Position numbers and translations under genes: made by a program. The notes below the pieces were generated by a model, which made no database searches, was not told the DNA's origin, and saw nothing but the letters and a program-made list of their open reading frames with translations. From a virus: 64,000 bases of DNA. The stretch spans positions 74,517-138,516 of the IMG/VR virus record IMGVR_UViG_3300043788_000114, one strand, 5' to 3'. Shown here in pieces: positions 55,524 to 64,000 of the stretch. How positions within the stretch are numbered: the stretch's first letter is position 1; each line of letters opens with the position of its first letter.

Positions 55524-55795
55524 TCCGCTTCATTGATCTTGGAAAGCAGATCGCGGTAGACGAAGATGATTCAAAGTGGCCGCGCCAGTTCGCTTTCTAC
55601 AACACAGTCAATGACCGATTCATGACGATTAGCGACATACAAGTTTTTGATTCACTAGCCGAACTGATTGCGGCATTGAAAGACGACGGATACGATGCCG
55701 AATTTTGTATCCGCATCTTCCGCCTGCTTCCTGAGTGGGTTAGGACGGTTCCAGCACCGCGCAATAACACACAGATTTTTGGTTTCAAAGGTTGA
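55520..55795 (+). CDS. Hypothetical protein
   Basis: MIRFIDLG..., coupled to the previous stop. Confidence 0.6.
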   Translation: MIRFIDLGKQIAVDEDDSKWPRQFAFYNTVNDRFMTISDIQVFDSLAELIAALKDDGYDAEFCIRIFRLLPEWVRTVPAPRNNTQIFGFKG

Positions 55796-56508
55796 AAACC
55801 GGGAGGAGGATGAGGATGGAAATTAACGATGAGTTGGCGCGAGCGATTGGATTCAGGCTCGCTTTCATTTACAAAGGCGGCGGCGAAGCAGAGTTCTTGA
55901 TTCTTGGCCGCGCTGCCCTTGAGGCCTGCCGGGACATAATCTTGGATGAGGTGCTGGCGGAGCCGAGCGAAAGAGAATTGGAGGCTTCTGTCGTGAACGA
56001 TGAATTTGGTGGGCATGATGGGTGCGTGCGAAGGGCTTTCGCCAACCGCCTCAAGTCGCTCACCCAGCCTCCGAGCAAGCGGGAGCAGGTGGAGGCGGTG
56101 CTGAAAGGGCGGGGAGACAGCATCGAAGCGATGCTGGATAAGATCGACGCAATCTACAAGGAGTCCGAATGAACACGATTGCCCGAGTAAACGCCGTGAT
56201 GGACCGCGTACTCTCACCGATTGCCGAGATGCGCGCAGGGGACAAGCCATGAGCGAGTGGATCAGCGTGAAAAAGAAACGCCCACATGTACAGCGAGGAT
56301 CACGCTACTACGGAAGTAGTGGTCCGGCTGAGCAAGGATGTGCGTTTCTGCCGGTGCTGTTCTGTTCGCGCGCGGAGGTTTGCGCGGGCCGGTTCTTTGG
56401 GAGGCGGCTAGGCTATTGGAGCTTGCAGGGAGTGCGTTTCCCGGACCGCTACGTGGATCACTGGATGCCAATGCCAACCGCACCGAAATAATCCATGGGA
56501 GAAGAACG

Positions 56509-56868
56509 ATGGGAATGATGAAAGTCGATCCGAAATTGACGAAGGCTCAGATCAAACGCTACGACCAGTGGATGGACTCAGAGTGCGTGCCGATCTGCGA
56601 CGCGCTCAATTCTCTTCCGGGGATCGAAACGTTCGAATCCTGCTGCGGACACAGGAAGAATCCGTTTTTCGTTGCTTTCACGGCGGCGACTGTAGAGAGC
56701 CTACGACCAATCCTTGTTTCGATCAATGATGAACGTGCATGGGCAGTGCGCGCAGCGTGGGCGAGCGGAGGAGGAGCGATCTACTTCACGCTCGATGGGC
56801 CTGTGGGCGCATTCAGGATCGCAAACCTGATCGCTGGAATGATCAAAAACGAGTTCCCGGAGGAATAG
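56509..56868 (+). CDS. Hypothetical protein
   Basis: MD.EC...CDALN..PGI.T.ESCCGH motif. Confidence 0.65.
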   Translation: MGMMKVDPKLTKAQIKRYDQWMDSECVPICDALNSLPGIETFESCCGHRKNPFFVAFTAATVESLRPILVSINDERAWAVRAAWASGGGAIYFTLDGPVGAFRIANLIAGMIKNEFPEE

Positions 56869-57095
56869 TGACCGACTCCGCCTTCCCCGTCATCGATCCG
56901 CGCATCCGCACTGTGGGCATCGCCAAGCTGCGAGGCATGAACGCCACGTTCCTACGCAATATGAAGGACGAAGCGTACATGATTCAGAGCGAGAACGAGC
57001 CGCTGGCGTTCTTGGTGAGCTATGAGACTTATTTGAAGTGGCAGGCGCAGGTGAAAGAGTTGTATGCCCAGCTTGCAGAACTGGACCCGCAATGA
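56868..57095 (+). CDS. Phd/YefM antitoxin-like protein
   Basis: TVGIAKLR...I..ENEPLAFLVSYETY pattern. Confidence 0.5.
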   Translation: MTDSAFPVIDPRIRTVGIAKLRGMNATFLRNMKDEAYMIQSENEPLAFLVSYETYLKWQAQVKELYAQLAELDPQ

Positions 57096-57302
57096 GTGTG
57101 AAGAGGATTATACTGTCGGCGGTAGTCGCCGTGCTTTGCGGGTGCAACCTTCCGTGCCCACAGCCTAAACCGGTGGTAGATAATATTCCCGACTGCGTGA
57201 ATGATCCTTTCAACTACGACTTCTATTCCAACGAGGATCAGAAGCGGCTAACGTATTGTTACGCCGTTTTACAAACGATGGCGAAGAAAGCGAAATGATC
57301 AG

Positions 57303-57650
57303 ATGAACCAAGCAACTGAGATTCATTTCCTTCGCGACTGGCAGCACGCGTTAGGTATGCTTCCGCAGGGAACGGCAGTGTATGTCGTGAGCGGGACCGG
57401 GAATCGGCCAAGAGAACCCGAAGCCGTGTTCCTCGATCACGCGGCAGGTACGATGTGGATCGCTAGGCGTCCCGATCCTCTGGACTACCTGATCGAAGGT
57501 TTTACTGTGATCCGCGAACGCAACAGCGAGTTGACTTACCTGCGACCGGGAGCGCCACCAGTAAATGTGATTGATGCCACAATTCGAAAGATGAATCGCC
57601 GCCCGCTAGTTCCGTTGCCGCCAGACAAGATGTTTAAGGAATCGCAATGA
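57303..57650 (+). CDS. Hypothetical protein
   Basis: ORF in the operon. Confidence 0.5.
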   Translation: MNQATEIHFLRDWQHALGMLPQGTAVYVVSGTGNRPREPEAVFLDHAAGTMWIARRPDPLDYLIEGFTVIRERNSELTYLRPGAPPVNVIDATIRKMNRRPLVPLPPDKMFKESQ

Positions 57651-58000
57651 ACCTCTTTCATCGTCACAACTTCGATCCGGAAAAGTGGAAGCTGATCTCA
57701 AAGGTGCAAACTGCAAGACGCCCGAGTCCGCTCGATCCACTGACCGGAGTTCCGCAATCAACAGAGCCGTTTCCTGTTGGCGCACAGTTGGTTTACAGCA
57801 ACACATGCACGCAGTGCGGAGATATTGTATTCCGCAGAGTATCGGAGATCGTATGAGCAAGCCGGTCAGCGCAGAAGCCAAAATCGATGCCATCGCTGAC
57901 CGTATGATCGCGTTTGCGAGCACTCCGAATATCGTGGCCGGTTCGGTGCTGCTGAGAAAGTGGGCCAAGGAAATCAAAGACGCGTTGAAGGAGAAGTGAA

Positions 58001-58576
58001 ATGCAGGTTCGTGAAATCAAGCAGGTCTTGCCGAAGGCAGACGTATACGAAATGCTTCCAGATGGAAAGTATCTGATCGTTGTTGGAGCGGATCAAATGC
58101 ACCCTGACACATCGAAAAGGCTGGCCGGTGTCTGCGGCGAGAATGTACTCGTTCTATGTATCGCCGATCCGGAACGGGCAGTGCGGATGCTGGAGGGCGA
58201 AGGAACGCACGACATCGATCTGAAATATCCGTGGGACCGGCGAAGCGCGCCATTTGACGAGAAGAGTCCGCTGATAAAGAAACTGGCGGACATCATGCCG
58301 AAGGAACTGAAAGAACCGCCCAAACCTCACAGTTTTGCGGAACTCAAATTCAAACTTCATCCCATCCGCATGGCCGCTGACTCGTTCACGGCCTTTGTCG
58401 GTGACGATTTACCCACCAACGCGCAAGAATTGCGAGCGATGTTGTGGTGCTTCGGGGAGATCGTCTCCGGCGAATTGGAGAAGCGTCTCAACGCGGCCTA
58501 CAAGATCGCTCAGGAACTCGATGCGGTCAGGCCGTCGCAGCCGATTGTGGTCGAGAGCAAACCGGAGGTCAAATGA
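58001..58576 (+). CDS. Hypothetical protein
   Basis: AAGGAG RBS. Confidence 0.55.
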   Translation: MQVREIKQVLPKADVYEMLPDGKYLIVVGADQMHPDTSKRLAGVCGENVLVLCIADPERAVRMLEGEGTHDIDLKYPWDRRSAPFDEKSPLIKKLADIMPKELKEPPKPHSFAELKFKLHPIRMAADSFTAFVGDDLPTNAQELRAMLWCFGEIVSGELEKRLNAAYKIAQELDAVRPSQPIVVESKPEVK

Positions 58577-59082
58577 CGGACCGCCCAATTGAAGACCAAC
58601 TAGCCAACTGGCCCAACTGCAAGACGCCGGATTGTCCGAACAAGTGCTGCCGGATTATGGAGTCGGAGTTTTGCTCTCCGTGCTCAGCTAAGAGGCGCGG
58701 GATCAGTTTGAAAGAATGGTCGCAACGGATCTTCCAGCGCAGTAAGGAACTCGGGCTTAGCAAGTGAGCGCGACAACCATGTACGGCGGCGGACAGGACT
58801 TCGATGAGTGGGATGCTCTCTTGGTCCTCGTTCTGTTTGTGCTTTTGAGAATTGCAGCGGGAGGATTTTGATGGCCAACGCCCCACGTAGCACGCGGACA
58901 GAAAAAGTGATGTACATCGCAGAGCATCCTGAATTGCTGGGCGCGAGCAACAAGATTATCGTAACCGCTCTCAAGGGCGCAGGACTGGTATTTCCCAAGA
59001 CCTCACCAATAGACATCAGATCGAAAACCTTATTCGATGAAGCGCGCTCGGTCATCGCACGCAAATACACGAAGGGCGGAAA

Positions 59083-59658
59083 GTGATGAATGAGAAGAAA
59101 ATCGTCGTGCCGGATGGGATGCTGAAGGCGGCAGATTCGGTACAAAACTCAACAATGAATTCAGAGCGGGTCGTAACTACGCTCGAAACCGCCCTGCGGT
59201 GGCTGAGCGAGCATCCGGTGGTGCCGAATGATAATGAATCTCGGACACTACTGCACTTTCTGCGGCATCGTGCTCACTATGAAACCACGGCTAATGATAT
59301 ATCTCTCACTCAGCGTGTAATCAATGAGTGGCAGCGCCGCTGTTTTCTTGCACCGGAGCCGGATGGCAAACCATTAAGAGTGACATTCCCGCACGCCGGA
59401 AAGTTCATAGTTGAGGTTTTCGATGACAAGCCTCCGTGTATGCGCGCGAAGGCAGAAGAGATCACGGATGATCCGAAAGCTAAGAATTTCTTTAATGCAC
59501 TCGATACAGCACTCGCTGGTCCGGCCCCCGAATCGCCGGAAGAGATCAAGGATTTGCTTTTGCCGGACATCGAGAGTGGATTCTTCAAGCCAGAAGTGGT
59601 AAATGAACGTCTAGCCGAAGCCTTCCATCGCGGTCAGAAATCCAAGGACCCCCAATGA
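59083..59658 (+). CDS. Hypothetical protein
   Basis: Coupled ORF; VVPDGMLKAA. Confidence 0.55.
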   Translation: MMNEKKIVVPDGMLKAADSVQNSTMNSERVVTTLETALRWLSEHPVVPNDNESRTLLHFLRHRAHYETTANDISLTQRVINEWQRRCFLAPEPDGKPLRVTFPHAGKFIVEVFDDKPPCMRAKAEEITDDPKAKNFFNALDTALAGPAPESPEEIKDLLLPDIESGFFKPEVVNERLAEAFHRGQKSKDPQ

Positions 59659-60454
59659 ACCGTGATTTCGCAGCAGGACAAGTCCTCAACGGCATCGAAG
59701 CTCCGCGTAACCGCGAGCAGAAGATCATCCCCATCGAAGAAGCGTTCAGGGAAGAGCCGAGGCCGCGAAATGGCTGCTGCTGCGAGAACAAAGGGAATCC
59801 GTACATGCTCGAAGGCCGCAGAGTCGTCAGTTTCAATCCCGGATGCCACGTGTATTCAAATTTCGAGAGCAAGTGGGCGGGAAGAAGAATCGGAGTGGAA
59901 GGGTGATCCTCACGGTTGACAACTTGATCGAGCGCGTGCGCAGGTGTCCGGGGATAAATATATCCACGCAAACACTAGCGGAAGTCGTTAAGCAAACTGA
60001 CTTCACAATCCGTGGCTTGGAGGAGTACATCGCGAAGACAACCGATACGGAGCTTGAATATAACGAACATGGAGCCGCACGCTTCATGCCCAAAGACCCG
60101 GAGCAGGTAAAAGACATTCGCGATCTGTGGGACCGGTGCGGCCTCGACAGCAAAGCCTACGGGCCGGAAGGAAACACAGATGCGAAAGGAGAAATGGTAT
60201 GACAGATGATATTTTTATGGCGTGGTTACACGGGTTCGCCTACGCAAGGCAGCGCGAAGGTTACGGGAATTACCCGGTTCCCGATAGCTTCTTGCCAATC
60301 GTCCCCTACTTCAGGAATGAAGACGGTACGATCAATCGCGAGAAGACATTAGAAGGTGGCTCGTTCACGAGTATTACTGGGGTCCAACGAGAAAACCTTC
60401 TTAAACCGACTTAAATAGATTCGATTAGGCATTCAAAGAGGGGGAATCGGCAAA

Positions 60455-60721
60455 ATGGACAACGTGACGTACCAGCAGCCTAATCTTCGGGCATCGATGC
60501 GAGACATCGTGCGGACGTGCTTGGATGACGGCATGAAGCTGAGCGAGGCTAAGCAAATCTTCATGAAAGTCTGGATGGAAGAAAGCTTGGCGAACAGCAA
60601 CAACAACCAGATAGTCGTGGCCTCGCGCGAGAATATGCACCGGAACACCGTCGCCCGCCTACTCAAAAAGGTTGGAGTCGTTCCCGGAAAATTCAAGCAC
60701 GCGAAACCAAGACATGTTTGA
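60455..60721 (+). CDS. Fis-family HTH protein
   Basis: L.EA...F....EESL....NNQ...A....MHRNTVARLL. Confidence 0.75.
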   Translation: MDNVTYQQPNLRASMRDIVRTCLDDGMKLSEAKQIFMKVWMEESLANSNNNQIVVASRENMHRNTVARLLKKVGVVPGKFKHAKPRHV

Positions 60722-61244
60722 ACTGTTCTCAGAGATCGATGGTCGCGAGGCGGAGCTATCGCCGGATGGCGTGTATCGCTACACGCTCACGCGGGAATGG
60801 GCAGACGGAAAGTGTGTCTGCTGGCTTATGGTGAACCCCTCGACGGCTGATGCGACGCTCGATGATCACACCATTCGCAAATGTATCGGCTTCTCAAAGC
60901 GATGGGATTATGGGCGCATGGTGGTCATCAACCTGTACGCTCTCAGGAGTCGCGATCCGAGAGCGGTAGAGCGGGCCGGAAGTTCGGCAGTTGGCCCTTT
61001 GAATGACTACTGGATCAAGGAATCGCTCCGTGAATCGCGGGAAGTTATCTGCGCGTGGGGATGTGCTCAGCACATCGCTTCAATCGACGCCAGAATCAAC
61101 GCGGTGATGAAGTTGATTAAGGCAGAGCAGCCGCACATCTCTCTTTCGTGCCTCGGAAAGCGGAAAGATGGGCATCCGAAGCACCCGCTGACGCTTGGGT
61201 ACGACACGCTGAGAGAAGAATTCAATCCTAAAATTCACAGTTGA
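60714..61244 (+). CDS. DUF1643 protein
   Basis: YRYTLTREW, MVNPSTAD...DD.TIRKC, NLYALRS.DP, AWG, G.PKHPL. Confidence 0.9.
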   Translation: MFELFSEIDGREAELSPDGVYRYTLTREWADGKCVCWLMVNPSTADATLDDHTIRKCIGFSKRWDYGRMVVINLYALRSRDPRAVERAGSSAVGPLNDYWIKESLRESREVICAWGCAQHIASIDARINAVMKLIKAEQPHISLSCLGKRKDGHPKHPLTLGYDTLREEFNPKIHS

Positions 61245-61269
61245 CACAGCAAAATCGATAGCGCAGTAT
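61241..61269 (+). promoter_or_regulatory. Promoter TTGACA-N14-GCG-CAGTAT
   Basis: 17-nt spacer; followed by a TCAACCGGGAGG RBS. Confidence 0.65.
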
Positions 61270-61299
61270 AAGCGCAGAGCTTCAACCGGGAGGAAATCC

Positions 61300-61524
61300 A
61301 TGATCCAACTCTCCGAGAACGACAAAGATAACTTGTGCTTCGCTAAAGCCAAGCAGCGAGGCCAAAAAACCTTCACTCTTGTAGCGCAAGATCGGAGCGC
61401 CGTCCAGACCATCGCCTACTGGATTCTTTTGAATATCGATACGTGCCCCGCCGAAAAACTCCACCAAGCCATTGACGATTGCATCGCGATGCGCGAGTTC
61501 CCAAACAAGAAAAACGCGGACTGA
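61300..61524 (+). CDS. Hypothetical protein
   Basis: CF.KA.....F.L.AQD..A......W motif. Confidence 0.65.
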   Translation: MIQLSENDKDNLCFAKAKQRGQKTFTLVAQDRSAVQTIAYWILLNIDTCPAEKLHQAIDDCIAMREFPNKKNAD

Positions 61525-61531
61525 GTGCACA

Positions 61532-61936
61532 ATGACCGAAGTTGAAGAACAGGAACTCGGACTGGCTGGCGACTATCTTCGCTACTGGAAGCCACAACTA
61601 CGTCTCGATCACGTAGATTTTGAGGTCGTATTTGAGAATCCGGGAGAAGCCAAGGGGAATCTGGCAACGTGCAAGATTGCGTTCTCGCGTCATCGGCAGA
61701 AAATTGAGTTGCGCCATCCGACCGAGCGGACCGAACGCGACAAAACAGATTTTCGCCGTGACCTCGAAGTCGTAGTCGTCCACGAACTCCTGCACACCAA
61801 AGAAATGCTCTGGCGGGACCATCCCGCTATCGACAAAGTGTTCGTCGAAGACAAGTGGCTCGGCGAGTTGCACGAGGACTCACTCGATGCGATAGCAGAG
61901 GCTCTTGTGCGGACGCGCAGAGGGATGAACCGGTAA
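61532..61936 (+). CDS. HExxH metallopeptidase-like protein
   Basis: W...LRL...VVHELLH...E. Confidence 0.7.
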   Translation: MTEVEEQELGLAGDYLRYWKPQLRLDHVDFEVVFENPGEAKGNLATCKIAFSRHRQKIELRHPTERTERDKTDFRRDLEVVVVHELLHTKEMLWRDHPAIDKVFVEDKWLGELHEDSLDAIAEALVRTRRGMNR

Positions 61937-62359
61937 AGAGCGCAGCTTTTCCACTTTACAAAACTGCGCTTTGGTGTATTGTTTGGGAATGGAACCGGGA
62001 AAACTGCTTACCGAAGCAGAGAAAAACATCGAATGCCAGCGCATCTGCGGCGATTCTGGAAAAAATGGAATCCACTTGGCAGTTCCGATGTGCCCCATTC
62101 TTCAGGATATTTGGATGGGGAAAAGAAAAAACCGGGAGAGAATTGATTGATGTCCGCCCCTAGCGTCCAAGAATATCGCGAGATTTGTGCCACGCTTCGG
62201 CACATTCCGAAGCGGGCGCGGGCCAAAATGAAGAGGAATTTGAAGCGCTGGACGCTCAAAAATATCGATCCCAACAACGAAAACCGCTCCGAAGCGCTGC
62301 GAACTTATCGCAGTCAGTGGAACCCGCCTGCCTCGCAGGAGCGGACGGAGAAGAAGTAA

Positions 62360-62599
62360 ATGCCCCGGTTGCATCCAACAGAAGATGAACTGAAAGAACG
62401 TCAAAAACGAGCTAAAGTCTGGCGCGAGTTCATGGCCGACAAACTTTTCACAGAGCAGAGACTCGCCGACACTCTTGGGATTTCACGTCGAACAGTCCAA
62501 ATGATCAAAGCCGGACGGGTTTCACCGCACAAAGACACACTGCGGTTATTCGATTCTTTGAAAGCGCGATACGATAGAGAAGCAAAAAGATCGAAATAG
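62360..62599 (+). CDS. XRE-family HTH regulator
   Basis: TEQRLADTLGISRRTVQMIKAGRVSP. Confidence 0.85.
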   Translation: MPRLHPTEDELKERQKRAKVWREFMADKLFTEQRLADTLGISRRTVQMIKAGRVSPHKDTLRLFDSLKARYDREAKRSK

Positions 62600-62732
62600 A
62601 TTCATCAAGTTTTGGTCTGGCTTGGTGAGCCTCGGACTGCAAAGGCTCGTCAAGATCAGGTGAGACAAGGTGAGGCGGGGTCCCCGAAAAGGGATTCTCA
62701 GTGATTTACAGCAAACGAAAAGGAGATTCACC

Positions 62733-63182
62733 ATGCCAGAAGCAACGGAAGTGCAAGGTTTGAGTGGAACAGAAATCATCAACGATGTTTTACTGCGAGT
62801 GAGACGCGCATTGGAGCAGGACTGCAACTTGCGCGACTCTGATTCATACGGCAGAGGATATAGCGGAAAGATCAAACTCAGCCTGCAAATGTTCGCGCTC
62901 GACACAGCGACGGTCGATATGGAAGTGACCTTGCAGCCGACGCAGGAATTTCTCAAGGCTCACGAGGCCACATCGCAGGATGCGACGGGAAGCGATGTCC
63001 AGATCGAGCAGGAGATCGAAATTCCTCTGCAATCGAACTTGAATGCCGTGCGTGAAGAGGCGGAACGGGCCGCGCAAACAGGTCCGACGCAGGAGCAGAT
63101 CGAGGGTGACGCAAGGATGCCGGTGCATCGCCGGACCTACGGCAAACCGGGGGCCATGGGCGGCGCGGAAGACGTTACCTAA
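62733..63182 (+). CDS. Hypothetical protein
   Basis: AAGGAG RBS. Confidence 0.6.
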   Translation: MPEATEVQGLSGTEIINDVLLRVRRALEQDCNLRDSDSYGRGYSGKIKLSLQMFALDTATVDMEVTLQPTQEFLKAHEATSQDATGSDVQIEQEIEIPLQSNLNAVREEAERAAQTGPTQEQIEGDARMPVHRRTYGKPGAMGGAEDVT

Positions 63183-63402
63183 CAATTTTGACGAGCGGGA
63201 AGTTGTATGCAGGTCGATAAGGTGCGCGAGGCGGCGGAGATTGCGAAGCTCTTCATCAAGAGGGCTGAGGAAGTTATTGGACAGTCTCATAAAGCAAAAT
63301 TCCTTCTCTGTGACGGCAAGCACGCGAAGCTGCTCAAGAAGACAAGCACCCACTTGATCAGGGCACTAACTGAGATGCGCAGACCATAGAAGGAATTGCA
63401 CC

Positions 63403-64000
63403 ATGTCCCCCAAAGAACCAACTCCCGCTCCGCGCATCGCCTTCTGTATTACGTGCAAGGGCCGCACGCAACATCTGAAACTTACCCTTCCGAAGAATCT
63501 TGCCGACAATGTTTCCTATCCGGATTCAGTGTTTGTTTTGCTCGACTACAACAGTGCGGATGACCTGAAGGAATACATTCAGAGCGAGCACAGTGACGCC
63601 TTGGCGAGTGGGAAGTTGGTGGTCTATAGTTTCCCTTCCGCAGGGGTTTTTCACATGACGCACGCCAAAAATATGGCGCATCGCTGCGGAATGCGCGAGG
63701 GCGGGTCAATCCTAGTCAACTTGGACGCAGATAATTTCACGGAACCGGACTTTTCTGCCTATATTGCCGACCAGTTCAAGCAGGAGCCAAGCGGATTTCT
63801 GTGGGCCAAGATGATAAAAGGAGTCCTGCCGCGCGGGATCAATGGAAGGATTGCGGTCAGCAAGCACGCATTCCTCAATGCGGGTGGATATGACGAGCGT
63901 TTTGATTCATGGTCGCACGATGACAGAGACTTTAACCTACGTCTTCGCCGTCTCGGCTACCAAGGCAGGCAGATTCATCCCCGCTTTCTCAATGCCGTTC
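63403..64000 (+). CDS. GT-A fold glycosyltransferase (GT2-like), truncated by the window end
   Basis: Manual translation IAFCITCKGRTQHLKLTLPKNL...LLDYNS...AKNMAH...NLDADN...GGYDERF..W..DD.DF..RL. Confidence 0.85.
   Translation, partial: MSPKEPTPAPRIAFCITCKGRTQHLKLTLPKNLADNVSYPDSVFVLLDYNSADDLKEYIQSEHSDALASGKLVVYSFPSAGVFHMTHAKNMAHRCGMREGGSILVNLDADNFTEPDFSAYIADQFKQEPSGFLWAKMIKGVLPRGINGRIAVSKHAFLNAGGYDERFDSWSHDDRDFNLRLRRLGYQGRQIHPRFLNAV

Overview
64 kb of densely coding, phage-like DNA (early/middle genes; no capsid, tail, terminase or tyrosine integrase visible, so probably part of a larger phage or prophage genome). Host-like genes (receiver-domain protein ending SARKRGPRK, small basic 'KRHLSAAGKKRIVAAQRKRWA' protein, Fis-like HTH) suggest an Acidobacteriota host (inference). 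Layout: a 12-tRNA array (620-1951); a leftward replication operon (initiator, DnaB-N/AAA helicase, DUF5131, SNF2 helicase, HNHs); a rightward recombination/accessory operon (12.8-31.4 kb); a serine recombinase; a long leftward block (31.5-51.5 kb: DUF262, Toprim, ParB-like, DUF4942 methyltransferase, AAA/DUF3150/vWA); a GC-rich non-coding gap; and a rightward block ending in a glycosyltransferase. Best candidate for a new system: the tRNA array sits behind what looks like a ribosome-stalling attenuator. Its 21-codon leader peptide is built almost only from the eight amino acids served by the array, and it overlaps mutually exclusive antiterminator/terminator hairpins. The array also has three tRNA-Arg genes with an apparently strand-swapped D-arm. 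Other leads: a putative sRNA whose loop is complementary to an ACCGGGAG motif at many ribosome-binding sites, a 133-bp perfect inverted repeat bracketing 19 kb near the serine recombinase, and three paralogous small genes nested in one long ORF. All family calls come from motif recognition by eye; no database search was run.
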